64,000 bases of DNA from an uncultured Lachnospiraceae bacterium. GTDB taxonomy: Bacteria > Bacillota > Clostridia > Lachnospirales > Lachnospiraceae. The notes below the pieces were generated by a model that saw only the letters and a program-made list of their open reading frames with translations, had not been told where the DNA came from and did not search any database. Below are positions 20,142 to 29,783 of the stretch, piece after piece (the stretch's first letter is position 1; every line of letters begins with the position of its first letter). The stretch is taken from positions 2,869-66,868 of the forward strand of contig CAJLRL010000002.1 in the NCBI GenBank assembly GCA_905209075.1, read 5' to 3'. Position numbers and translations under genes: made by a program.

Positions 20142-21944
20142 ATGGGTGATATAGCATTAAAAAAACGAAGCGAGGTTCCGGCAGAATACAAATGGAAACT
20201 TGAGGATATGTTTGAAACGGATGAGCAGTGGGAAAAAGAAGTGGAGCAGACTCTTTTACTGATAGATGAAGTTTCGCAGTTCAAAGGACATCTGGCTGAC
20301 AATGAGATCAAATTTCTTAAATTTCTGGAACTGGAGGACAGGATAAATTATCATCTGGCGAGGATAATCGTATATTCTAACCAGCGTTCCCATGAAGATA
20401 CCGCAGTATCAAAATATCAGGCATATGCTTCAAGGGCAGAGTCAGTAATGGTCAAAGCTGCAAGTGCACTTTCATTTGCAGACCCTGAGATACTGGCAAT
20501 GTCAGAGGAAAACATAGAAGAGTTCTGTAAGGCAGAGTCGAAGCTTTTGCACTATAAATGGGCGATAGAGAAGATCAGACGAAAGAAAGCACATACATTA
20601 TCGCAGGCAGAAGAAAATATCCTTGCACAGGTAAAAGAAGTTACATCTGCACCGGATAATATTTTCAGCATGTTTAATAATGCTGATGTTAAATTCCCAT
20701 ATATAACGGATGTAGAGGGAAACAAAATAAGGATTACGCACGGAAATTTTATAGATTTTCTCATGAGCAAAGACAGAAGTCTGAGAAAACAGGTATTCAG
20801 GGAAGTGTATGGCACTTATAAGAAATGGGGAAACACCATCTCAGCAACATACATAAGCCAGCTTAAGAATGACCAGTTCCTGGCAAACGTCAGAAAATAT
20901 GGCAGTGCAAGGGAAATGTATCTTTCTAAGGGAAATATACCACAGAGTGTATATGACAATCTTATAGAGACTGTCCATGCACATCTTCCGGCATTACATG
21001 AGTATATGTCGCTGCGGAAAAAGATGCTTGGAGTAGAACATCTTCATATGTACGATCTTTTTGTACCGATAGTTTCCGATGTGGATATGAAATATTCTTT
21101 TGATGAGGCAAAGGATACAGTCGCAAGGGCTCTTTTACCGATGGGAGAAGAGTATACATCTATTCTTGAAGATGGAATGGAAAGTGGCTGGATAGACGTA
21201 TATGAAAATGAAAACAAAAGGAGCGGAGCCTATTCATGGGGCGCATATGGAACACATCCATATGTACTTTTAAATTATCAGGATAATCTGGACGGAATAT
21301 TTACACTTGCCCATGAGATGGGACATGCGATGCACACATATTTTTCAAATAGGACACAATCTGTAACATATGCAGATTATTCTATATTTGTTGCTGAGGT
21401 TGCATCAACATGTAATGAATCGTTGCTTATGCATTACCTTCTGGAAAACTGTACTGATGAAAATCAGAAGAAATATCTTGTCTGCCATTATCTTGATGGA
21501 TTCAGGACTACACTTTTCAGACAGGCGCAGCTTGCTGAGTTTGAGCATATTGCACATGAAAGGATAGCAGCTGGTGAGGCACTCACAAAAGAATCTTTAA
21601 ATCAGATATGGTATGATCTTAATGTTTTGTATTATGGCCCGGATATGAAGGTAGATGAAGAGATAGCATATGAGTGGATGCGTATTCCTCATTTTTATAC
21701 GCCATATTATGTTTATCAGTATTCAACAGGATATTCAGCAGCAGTTGCATTTTCAAAAATGATAATTGAGGATGGGAAGCCTGCTGTGGATAAATATATA
21801 AATAATTTCCTATGTGGTGGATGTTCAAAAGATCCTATAGACCTGTTAAAGAGTGCAGGTGTGGATATGAGCACGCCGAAGCCTGTAGATGATGCACTCA
21901 ATGTTTTTGAAGATTACCTCAAAAAGTTAGAAATTACTGTGTAA
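20142..21944 (+). CDS. pepF: Oligoendopeptidase F (M3B family)
   Basis: 600 aa, HEMGHAMH zinc-binding HExxH motif, M3 family length. Confidence 0.85.
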   Translation: MGDIALKKRSEVPAEYKWKLEDMFETDEQWEKEVEQTLLLIDEVSQFKGHLADNEIKFLKFLELEDRINYHLARIIVYSNQRSHEDTAVSKYQAYASRAESVMVKAASALSFADPEILAMSEENIEEFCKAESKLLHYKWAIEKIRRKKAHTLSQAEENILAQVKEVTSAPDNIFSMFNNADVKFPYITDVEGNKIRITHGNFIDFLMSKDRSLRKQVFREVYGTYKKWGNTISATYISQLKNDQFLANVRKYGSAREMYLSKGNIPQSVYDNLIETVHAHLPALHEYMSLRKKMLGVEHLHMYDLFVPIVSDVDMKYSFDEAKDTVARALLPMGEEYTSILEDGMESGWIDVYENENKRSGAYSWGAYGTHPYVLLNYQDNLDGIFTLAHEMGHAMHTYFSNRTQSVTYADYSIFVAEVASTCNESLLMHYLLENCTDENQKKYLVCHYLDGFRTTLFRQAQLAEFEHIAHERIAAGEALTKESLNQIWYDLNVLYYGPDMKVDEEIAYEWMRIPHFYTPYYVYQYSTGYSAAVAFSKMIIEDGKPAVDKYINNFLCGGCSKDPIDLLKSAGVDMSTPKPVDDALNVFEDYLKKLEITV

Positions 21945-21956
21945 CAATGGTCTTAT

Positions 21957-22307
21957 GTGATGGAGAGCCTAGATGCGGTAAAGGAAAAGGCGCAGAGCCA
22001 TATAAAGACAGCGGACGAAATAGTAGAACTTGCAAATTCTCTTAATCAGAAGTTTTCATCAGCAAGAGCTGTTTCAGATAAGCTGAAGGAGGCTGTTGTA
22101 ACAAGCAATAATTCGGTTTCTGAGATAGTAGCAAGTACAAAGCTTAATGCTGATCAGATCGAACAACAGACGAACAGGACGGCAGATATACAAAAGAGCA
22201 TAAAAAGTGTCGGTGACGTTATTTCAGCAAACGAGATGATCATGGGCAGCCTGTTAGGTGATATAAGCACTATTTCTGGAAATATGGAGAAAGTTGCCAA
22301 AAATTAA
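21957..22307 (+). CDS. Hypothetical coiled-coil protein
   Basis: ORF with compact spacing between pepF and luxS. No recognisable motif. Confidence 0.3.
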   Translation: MMESLDAVKEKAQSHIKTADEIVELANSLNQKFSSARAVSDKLKEAVVTSNNSVSEIVASTKLNADQIEQQTNRTADIQKSIKSVGDVISANEMIMGSLLGDISTISGNMEKVAKN

Positions 22308-22324
22308 TCAGGAGGAAGACATAA

Positions 22325-22789
22325 ATGGACAGGATAAAAAGTTTTCAGATAAATCATAATATATTAGAACCGGGATTTTACATATCAAGAGAGGATGGCG
22401 ATATCATTACATATGATCTTCGCACAAGAAAACCTAATGCAGGTGATTATATGTCTAATTCTGCCATGCATTCAGTTGAGCATATGTTTGCAACATGTAT
22501 CAGAAATTCAAAAATTGCCGATAAGGTTGTATATTTCGGACCTATGGGATGTCAGACGGGATTTTATCTTGTGGTCAGACAGGTTGAGCCGAAAGAGGTA
22601 TTTGATGTAACAAAACAGGTATTAGAACAGATTTTAGATTATGATGGACCTGTTTTTGGTGCATCGGCCATAGAGTGCGGACATTATGAGAATCTGTCAC
22701 TTGATGAGGCAAAAGCAGAGTGCAGAAAATATTTTGATGTCATAAATTACCAGACAAATATGGAATTTACATACCCGGAGGAGAACTAA
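22325..22789 (+). CDS. luxS: S-ribosylhomocysteine lyase
   Basis: 154 aa with HSVEHMFATC (HxxEH iron-binding motif of LuxS). Confidence 0.85.
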   Translation: MDRIKSFQINHNILEPGFYISREDGDIITYDLRTRKPNAGDYMSNSAMHSVEHMFATCIRNSKIADKVVYFGPMGCQTGFYLVVRQVEPKEVFDVTKQVLEQILDYDGPVFGASAIECGHYENLSLDEAKAECRKYFDVINYQTNMEFTYPEEN

Positions 22790-22790
22790 A

Positions 22791-23474
22791 ATGAAAATAG
22801 GTGTTATAGGCGCTATGCAGATGGAGGTGGACAACCTTCAGGCAAATATGACTGACACAAAAGTAGTTGAATACAGTGGAATTACTTTTGTTGAAGGTAA
22901 AATTGACGGAAAGAGTGTTGTCGCCGCTAAATGTGGTATAGGCAAGGTATTTGCAGCTATATGTGCACAGACAATGATCCTTGAATTTAATGTGGACATG
23001 ATTGTAAATATCGGAGTTGCGGGAAGCCTTACGAAAGACCTGTCAGTGTTCGATGTAGCTGTGGCTATTAATGTTGTACAGCATGATATGGACACATCAG
23101 CTCTCGGAGATCCGGTTGGTCTTTTATCGGGTATAAATATGGTTCTGCTTCCGGCAGATGAAAAAATGGTTGAGCATATGTGTAAATGTCTCAAAAATAA
23201 AGGAATCAATTACAAAAAGGGAACTATCGCAACTGGAGATCAGTTTGTTGCCACAAAAGAAAAGAAAGACGAGATCGTTGATAAATTTGATGCGATCGCA
23301 GCTGAAATGGAAGGTGGAAGCATCGGTCATGTCTGTTATGTAAATAACGTTCCATTTACAATACTCCGCTCAATATCAGATAGTGAAGGCGGAGCCGTAG
23401 ACTATGCTACATTTGCAGAAAAAGCAGCGCAACAGTCTATAGATGTAGTTATAGAGTTTATAAGTGAATTGTAA
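22791..23474 (+). CDS. mtnN: 5'-methylthioadenosine/S-adenosylhomocysteine nucleosidase
   Basis: MKIGVIGAM N-terminus, AAEMEG block, about 227 aa PNP/UDP phosphorylase fold. Confidence 0.85.
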   Translation: MKIGVIGAMQMEVDNLQANMTDTKVVEYSGITFVEGKIDGKSVVAAKCGIGKVFAAICAQTMILEFNVDMIVNIGVAGSLTKDLSVFDVAVAINVVQHDMDTSALGDPVGLLSGINMVLLPADEKMVEHMCKCLKNKGINYKKGTIATGDQFVATKEKKDEIVDKFDAIAAEMEGGSIGHVCYVNNVPFTILRSISDSEGGAVDYATFAEKAAQQSIDVVIEFISEL

Positions 23475-23502
23475 ATTATAAAGTTATAGTACGAATATTT
23501 TA

Positions 23503-24387
23503 TTGTTGTCACGAATAACATGTATCATGAGTGATTACAGAGACTATCTTAATAAAACAAAACTACATAATAACACTATACGAAAGAGACGCCGACGCAG
23601 ATTCATGTTTGGAATCGTGCTGTCGGCGGTTCTTATTTTTGGAATTGTTTTCGGACATGAAAGTATATCGGGTGAGTTTAACTGTGCTGGTGTGGGAGAG
23701 GTGATGGATGTAATAAGCAGTGCAGTCAGTCAGATAGGAGACAGGAAACTGCCAATTTATTCGGTGGAAACATCTGAAAATAAGATTGCATTAAGCTTTG
23801 ATGCTGCATGGGGAGCAGAAGATTTTCAGAATATAATGGATGTTCTGGATGCGCATGATGTAAAAGTTACATTTTTTATGACAGGCGGCTGGGTAAATGA
23901 TAATCCTGATTGTGTCAGGGAACTTGTTGATAAAGGACACGAATTGGGAAATCATAGTGAACATCATTATGATATGACAACAATTTCAAAAGATGAAATG
24001 AAGACGGAGATCATGAACGTCCACGATGCGGTAAAGGAACTTACAGGTTATGAGATGCATGTATTCAGACCGCCATATGGTGCATACAATAATGAACTTA
24101 TCGACATGGCATATAGTTGTGATTATTACCCGATAGAATGGAGTGTAGATTCACTTGATTGGAAAAATTACGGGGTACAGCCGATCATAGACACTGTATG
24201 TAATCACAAAGAACTTGGAGGAGGAGCGATAATACTTTGTCATAATGGGGCAAAATATACAGCGCAGGCGCTCGACGAACTGCTTAATAATCTGGAAGGA
24301 AAAGGATATACTATAGTTCCTGTATCAGAACTTATCATGACAGAAAATTATCATATGGATGCAAATGGAAGACAGATTGCGGATTAG
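23503..24387 (+). CDS. Polysaccharide deacetylase (NodB homology domain) family protein
   Basis: FDAAWG..., HDVKVTFF, HSEHH motifs of CE4 deacetylases. N-terminal TM. Confidence 0.75.
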   Translation: MLSRITCIMSDYRDYLNKTKLHNNTIRKRRRRRFMFGIVLSAVLIFGIVFGHESISGEFNCAGVGEVMDVISSAVSQIGDRKLPIYSVETSENKIALSFDAAWGAEDFQNIMDVLDAHDVKVTFFMTGGWVNDNPDCVRELVDKGHELGNHSEHHYDMTTISKDEMKTEIMNVHDAVKELTGYEMHVFRPPYGAYNNELIDMAYSCDYYPIEWSVDSLDWKNYGVQPIIDTVCNHKELGGGAIILCHNGAKYTAQALDELLNNLEGKGYTIVPVSELIMTENYHMDANGRQIAD

Positions 24388-24403
24388 AAGAGCAAAATGA
24401 TCA

Positions 24404-24431
24404 AAAGAGGTGCCTGCGGGCACCTCTTTTG
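24404..24431. terminator. Bidirectional terminator between convergent genes
   Basis: GAGGTGCC-tgcgg-GCACCTC hairpin flanked by A-run and T-run. Confidence 0.55.
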
Positions 24432-24444
24432 GGAATATGTTGAT

Positions 24445-25434
24445 TTAGTCAATACCAAAAATGTACCATTTTCCATCCAATTTGCATACCGTAATGGTTG
24501 AATCCTCGGGTTCATATGAATCATCTCCAATTACGCTGATAGTACAATATACGCGATAACCACTTGTTAATTTATAGTCAGAACCATACAAAGAAGCATA
24601 GATACTATCTTCGGCATTTGATAATTGTAATTGTGTAAGCTTTTCTTTACCAGTTATTTCGATTTTTATCTTTTGACCATCAAATTCTGAGTCAAAATCA
24701 TCAAGTACATAATCACCTACAGATTCTCCTGCTATTTTATATAATGAAGGATGTTCTGGATTTAGCGGAAATGCTTCCATGAGCGTTGATGTATCTCTGT
24801 TATTTATTCCCTTTTCAAATTTCTCGATAGGTGTTTTGTATGTATTTCTTGTAGATAATACAACTATTAAAATAATTATGATGGCAAGAGCGGCAACTAC
24901 TGCTGCTACGATTCCAGCGATAAGGCCTGTTTTTTTCTTTTGAGGCTGCATCGGCGGCTGTCCATAATAAAATGAATTTGCGCCTGGCTGACCACCAACA
25001 GGCTGCTGACCACTAAAATCAGGCTGACCACCGACAGGCTGCTGACCATTAAAATCAGGCTGACCACCGATAGGTTGCTGGCCATTGAAATCAGGCTGAC
25101 CACCAACAGGTGGCTGACCATTGAAACCAGGCTGGGCACCAACAGGTGGCTGACCATTGAAACCAGGCTGGGCACCAACAGGCTGACTTGTACCAGCATC
25201 AGGCTGTCCATATTGTGGCACATCACTGTAAATATTCTTTGGAGCATTGTTTGATGAGACTGCCTGCTCAAAAGCAGTAGGATTTCCGGCAGAAGAAGAC
25301 ACTGCCTGCTGGAATGCTGTAGATGCAGGGGCAGCCGGGGCTGGATTTAAGTCCTGTGGAACCGGTGTCCCACAGCCAGTACAGAATTTGGCACCTGGAG
25401 CTAGATCGGCACCGCAGATATTACATTTTGACAT
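24445..25434 (-). CDS. Zinc-ribbon domain membrane protein with Pro/Gln/Gly-rich tandem repeats
   Basis: N-terminal CxxC...CxxC zinc ribbon, about 6 imperfect 12-aa repeats (GGQPDFNGQQPV), single TM, C-terminal extracytoplasmic domain. Confidence 0.6.
   Translation of the reverse strand: MSKCNICGADLAPGAKFCTGCGTPVPQDLNPAPAAPASTAFQQAVSSSAGNPTAFEQAVSSNNAPKNIYSDVPQYGQPDAGTSQPVGAQPGFNGQPPVGAQPGFNGQPPVGGQPDFNGQQPIGGQPDFNGQQPVGGQPDFSGQQPVGGQPGANSFYYGQPPMQPQKKKTGLIAGIVAAVVAALAIIIILIVVLSTRNTYKTPIEKFEKGINNRDTSTLMEAFPLNPEHPSLYKIAGESVGDYVLDDFDSEFDGQKIKIEITGKEKLTQLQLSNAEDSIYASLYGSDYKLTSGYRVYCTISVIGDDSYEPEDSTITVCKLDGKWYIFGID
24955..25200. repeat. In-frame 36-nt imperfect tandem repeats (about 6-7 copies) inside the CDS
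   Basis: Repeated caggctgaccaccRacaggYtgctgaccattRaaatc units visible on the + strand. Confidence 0.7.
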
Positions 25435-25745
25435 TGATATGTTCCTCCCTTTTTAACATTTGTTTTACATAAAAAATTCTATTCCAGTATATCATATATT
25501 AAAATAAAGTAAATGATAACTTTTAACGTAATTGTCCATTGTTGCTAGTCAGGTGTGAGTAATAGTACTTAGTTACTCAATAATTAACACTATGGCGCAT
25601 AGCTTGACAGAGAAGTGTCAAGCTTGCGTGTGAACCGTAACAGTACTTACACAAACAATCAAAATAAATGAAATAGGGTATTTAATGAAACTAGGTTATG
25701 TGATAAAATATTTTTATAAAAGGAAAGGTATTTGGGGGTGGAAAT

Positions 25746-25892
25746 ATGACAGATGCGGGTTTTTTGGTTACATTTTTCATAATAATTTTTCTTGTGATAA
25801 TTTTTGCAGTGATAGCGGTTATCGCAGCTGTAACGGGATCTGTTGCAGGAATTGTTGATGATGAAGATGAGATGGAAGAAGAAGGCTTATAA
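25746..25892 (+). CDS. Possible small membrane peptide with acidic C-terminus (48 aa)
   Basis: MTDAGFLVTFFIIIFLVIIFAVIAVIAAVTGSVAGIVDDEDEMEEEGL. GGGGTGG SD-like sequence 8 nt upstream. Followed by a hairpin plus T-run terminator at 25880-25908. Confidence 0.3.
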   Translation: MTDAGFLVTFFIIIFLVIIFAVIAVIAAVTGSVAGIVDDEDEMEEEGL

Positions 25893-25971
25893 TGAGCCTT
25901 CTTTTTTTACAAAGTTTTAATATTTACTGCGATTGCACAGCTGATAGGGCAGTGCTATACTTAAGACATAA

Positions 25972-25989
25972 ACTGACCGACCGGTCAGT
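25972..25989. promoter_or_regulatory. Perfect 18-bp palindrome, candidate TetR-family operator upstream of the RND pump
   Basis: ACTGACCG-AC-CGGTCAGT, 33 nt upstream of the RND start codon. Confidence 0.45.
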
Positions 25990-26021
25990 CGAATGAGATA
26001 GTACAGAGAAAAGGAGATATT

Positions 26022-29000
26022 ATGATTTCAAAGTATAGTGTTAAGAAACCATTCACCGTGCTTGTGGGTGTGATACTTGTTATTGTGCTCGGAGTCGTGT
26101 CCCTTAGCAGGATGACGACAGATCTGCTTCCGGATATGAGCTTTCAGTACGCACTTATAATCACGACAGATATGGGGGCAAGTCCACAGGAAGTGGAATC
26201 GGATGTAACGGCGCCGATCGAGTCGGCTATGGCTACGACATCCAACATCAAGAACGTAAGCTCTATGTCTTACAACAGTTATTCGATTGTAACTTGTGAA
26301 TATGAACAGGATGCAAACATGGACTCTGTTGTTATTGAGATACAGCAGAAGATAGAACAGGTAAAGGCATCATGGTCTGATGGCATAGGCACACCGACTA
26401 TCATGCAGATAAACCCGGATATGCTTCCTATCATGATGACGGCTGTCGACATGGACGGAAAAAGTGAGTCAGAGATCACAGATTATGTGGAAAATGAATT
26501 GATCCCGGCAATCGAAAGTACTGAGGGTGTTGCTTCAGTCACTGCGACCGGCGAACTGACTGAACAGATAGAGGTTACACTTGACCAGAATAAGATAGAT
26601 GCGCTCAACGAGAAAATCCATAATGCGGTTCTGGCTAAGTTTGACGATGCCAGGGAGAAATTAGACAGTGCAGACTCGCAGATAAAACAAGGCCAGAGTG
26701 CCATAAGCAATGCGTCAGATCAGATCAGCGAAGGTGTAGATACGATAAAAGATCAAAAGACACAGTTGTCAGATCAGAAAAGTCAGCTTGAGAGCACCCT
26801 TGCTGAATTAAATGAACAAAAAAGCCAGCTTGAGACTATCCAGTCAGGAATAAGTTCATTTATGAATGATACGATGTATACAGAGACGATACCTTCACTT
26901 GAAAAGGCAAAAGATATGCCGGGTGGAGATGTAGCAAAGGCTTCACTTGAGCAGATTGATAAACAGATCGCTGAGAAATTTTCGGGCCTGTCGGAGCTTG
27001 GAATAACAGTAAATGGATATGCAGATATGCCGCAGGCTGCCAGTACAGTCGCAAAGACACTTGTGCAGGTAAATACCGGCATAGAACAGTGTCAGAGCGG
27101 ACTTGAAAAGATATCAGAGGGAGAGATTGCATTAAATGATGCTATGGATGAACTTAACAGTCAGGCTGCTATAAGTTCCATTACAATAGGACAGCAGTCA
27201 GCCCAGCTTGCCACAGCAGCAGCTTCACTTGAAAATTCAAAAACACAGCTTGAGGAGAGTGAAAAGAGCGCACTTGACAAGTCTGATCTTAATACAGTGC
27301 TCAGTATAGATACACTGTCGCAGCTTCTTACGGCACAGAATTTTGATATGCCGGCAGGATATGTAAATGATGCTGATGGCACCCAGTATATTGTACAAGT
27401 TGGCGATAAGGTAAAATCTGTAGATGATCTGAACAATCTGGTACTTATGGATATGAACATGGACGGAATAGATCCTATCAGGGTATCAGATGTGGCAAAT
27501 GTTGAAATTACTGATAATTCAGGTGATAATTATGCGGTCATAAATGGAAATCCCGGAATAATTCTTTCAATGGAGAAACAGACCGGATATTCGACAGGAG
27601 ATGTCACAGACAGACTTCTTGATAAATTTGACTCTCTTGAAAAACAAAACGATGGGCTTCACACAACAGTGCTTATGAATCAGGGTATATATATTGACAT
27701 GGTAGTAAGCAGTGTGCTTCAGAACATGATAGTGGGTGCTATACTTGCCATCATAGTATTGTTCCTCTTCTTAAAAGATATAAAGCCTACGCTTGTTATC
27801 GCAGCATCAATTCCGCTTTCTGTAATAGTTGCGGTCGTGCTTATGTACTTTACAAATATCACATTAAATATCATTTCGATGTCAGGACTTGTGCTTGGAA
27901 TCGGTATGCTTGTTGATAATTCTATCGTTGTTATAGAAAATATTTACCGCCTCAGAGGTGAGGGATATTCTGTAAAAAAAGCTGCCGTAGAGGGTGCAGG
28001 TCAGGTGGCTGGAGCGATTTTTGCATCAACACTTACGACGGTAAGCGTATATGCGCCGATCATATTTACGGATGGAATCACAAGGCAGCTTTTCGTCGAT
28101 CTTGCCCTTACAGTATTATTCACGCTTATGGCAAGTCTTCTCGTGGCACTTACATTTGTGCCGGCCATAGCATCAGGAATGCTTAAAAAGACAAAGGATA
28201 TAAAACATCCGTGGTTTGAAAAATTTAAAGACTGGTATGGAAGAATACTTGCAGTATGTTTAAGGTATAAACCTGTAGTATTTATCGTGGCGATAGCACT
28301 TTTACTTGGCAGTGGAGCACTCTGCCTGTCAAAGGGAATGACCTTTATGGACATGGATATGGAGTCTGATCAGATCTCACTGACAATAACGGCAAAAGAG
28401 GATGAAAAGCTGGACTTTGACGAACTTACAGCTATGTCAGATCAGGTGATCGATAAAATTTCTGACATAAAAGGAATAGACACGATCGGTGCAACGGCTG
28501 GCGGAAATTCAACGATGAGCCTGATGAATTCTGGAACAGACAGCGTGAGCATGTATGTGCTTTTGGATGAAAATAAAAAGGTTTCATCGGATGATGTTAT
28601 TTCAGAAATTGAAGATCGCACAAAGGATTTAGACTGTGAAGTTACGGCAGATTCATCATCTATGGATTATTCAGCATATTTCGGAAGTGGAATCTCTGTA
28701 AAAATAAAGGGAAATGATATCGATAAGCTTCAGGAACTTGCGTCACAGGTTGCAGAAGTGCTCGAAGGCACAGAAGGTGTTGTGGATGTTGATGATGGAC
28801 TTAAAGATACGACAAACGAACTTAAGATCACAGTGGATAAAGAAAAGGCTGCAAAATATGGCTACACTGTGGCTCAGGTGTACAAACTGATATCAGATGA
28901 TATATCATCAAATAAGAGTGTGACAACGCTTTCCGCAGATATTAAGGATTATGAGGTATATTTACAGACGCAGGAACAGTCAGATGTAACAGTTGACGAT

Positions 29001-29783
29001 ATAAAAAATATGACGTTTACATATACAAATCAGGATGGTGATGAATCAGATATCTCGCTTTCTGATATATGTATGATAGAACAGACACAGACTCTCTCGA
29101 CGATCCACAGAGACTCACAGACCAGATACATAACAGTATCAGGCAGTGTCGATGAAAATCACAATGTTACATTGGTAAGTGACAAAGTTAAATCTAAATT
29201 AGATAAAATAGATATGCCGGAAGGCTACAGTGCTTCAATGGAAGGTGAGGATGAGACAATAAATGAATCCATGAGCCAGCTTGTACTTATGCTTTTACTT
29301 GCGGTAGTATTTATCTATCTGATAATGGTTGCACAGTTTCAGTCGCTGCTTTCGCCGTTTATCATCATGTTCTCAATCCCGCTTGCATTTACAGGAGGAT
29401 TTATAGCTTTATTTATTACCGGAAATGAGCTTGGAATCATATCAATGCTCGGATTTATCATGCTCGCAGGACTTATCGTAAACAACGGAATCGTGCTCAT
29501 AGATTATATCAATCAGGCAAGACGACAGGGAATGAAAAAACATGATGCGATCATCGACGCAGGAAAGACAAGAGTGCGTCCGATCCTTATGACAGCGATG
29601 ACTACCATACTTGCTATGGTGACCTCTGCAATAGGAATCGGCGGTGGTTCAGATATGATAAAACCGATGGCGATAACGATCATCGGAGGACTCGTATACG
29701 GAACGATTCTTACACTTATCGTAATTCCATGTATTTACGATGCATTCAACAGGGAAAAAAATATGGTTGAGGAGGATCTCTAA
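26022..29783 (+). CDS. RND superfamily efflux permease (AcrB/HAE-like) with a large coiled-coil insertion
   Basis: N-terminal TM1 plus porter-domain blocks align with AcrB. Two 5-6 TM bundles (..FLFLKDIKPTLV.. and ..IMFSIPLAF..). An insertion of about 250 aa of heptad-like Q/S/L-rich sequence at residues about 190-430. Confidence 0.8.
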   Translation: MISKYSVKKPFTVLVGVILVIVLGVVSLSRMTTDLLPDMSFQYALIITTDMGASPQEVESDVTAPIESAMATTSNIKNVSSMSYNSYSIVTCEYEQDANMDSVVIEIQQKIEQVKASWSDGIGTPTIMQINPDMLPIMMTAVDMDGKSESEITDYVENELIPAIESTEGVASVTATGELTEQIEVTLDQNKIDALNEKIHNAVLAKFDDAREKLDSADSQIKQGQSAISNASDQISEGVDTIKDQKTQLSDQKSQLESTLAELNEQKSQLETIQSGISSFMNDTMYTETIPSLEKAKDMPGGDVAKASLEQIDKQIAEKFSGLSELGITVNGYADMPQAASTVAKTLVQVNTGIEQCQSGLEKISEGEIALNDAMDELNSQAAISSITIGQQSAQLATAAASLENSKTQLEESEKSALDKSDLNTVLSIDTLSQLLTAQNFDMPAGYVNDADGTQYIVQVGDKVKSVDDLNNLVLMDMNMDGIDPIRVSDVANVEITDNSGDNYAVINGNPGIILSMEKQTGYSTGDVTDRLLDKFDSLEKQNDGLHTTVLMNQGIYIDMVVSSVLQNMIVGAILAIIVLFLFLKDIKPTLVIAASIPLSVIVAVVLMYFTNITLNIISMSGLVLGIGMLVDNSIVVIENIYRLRGEGYSVKKAAVEGAGQVAGAIFASTLTTVSVYAPIIFTDGITRQLFVDLALTVLFTLMASLLVALTFVPAIASGMLKKTKDIKHPWFEKFKDWYGRILAVCLRYKPVVFIVAIALLLGSGALCLSKGMTFMDMDMESDQISLTITAKEDEKLDFDELTAMSDQVIDKISDIKGIDTIGATAGGNSTMSLMNSGTDSVSMYVLLDENKKVSSDDVISEIEDRTKDLDCEVTADSSSMDYSAYFGSGISVKIKGNDIDKLQELASQVAEVLEGTEGVVDVDDGLKDTTNELKITVDKEKAAKYGYTVAQVYKLISDDISSNKSVTTLSADIKDYEVYLQTQEQSDVTVDDIKNMTFTYTNQDGDESDISLSDICMIEQTQTLSTIHRDSQTRYITVSGSVDENHNVTLVSDKVKSKLDKIDMPEGYSASMEGEDETINESMSQLVLMLLLAVVFIYLIMVAQFQSLLSPFIIMFSIPLAFTGGFIALFITGNELGIISMLGFIMLAGLIVNNGIVLIDYINQARRQGMKKHDAIIDAGKTRVRPILMTAMTTILAMVTSAIGIGGGSDMIKPMAITIIGGLVYGTILTLIVIPCIYDAFNREKNMVEEDL

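Noticed and set aside
24955-25200. Tandem direct repeats considered as a possible CRISPR array
   Set aside because: Repeats are contiguous with no spacers. They are imperfect 36-mers, in frame within a CDS, and there are no cas genes.
24906-25271. 121-aa minus-strand ORF in an alternative frame inside the repeat region
   Set aside because: It is a frame-shifted reading of the same 36-nt tandem repeats (LVPSLVSMVSH...). The zinc-ribbon protein frame is continuous and biologically coherent.
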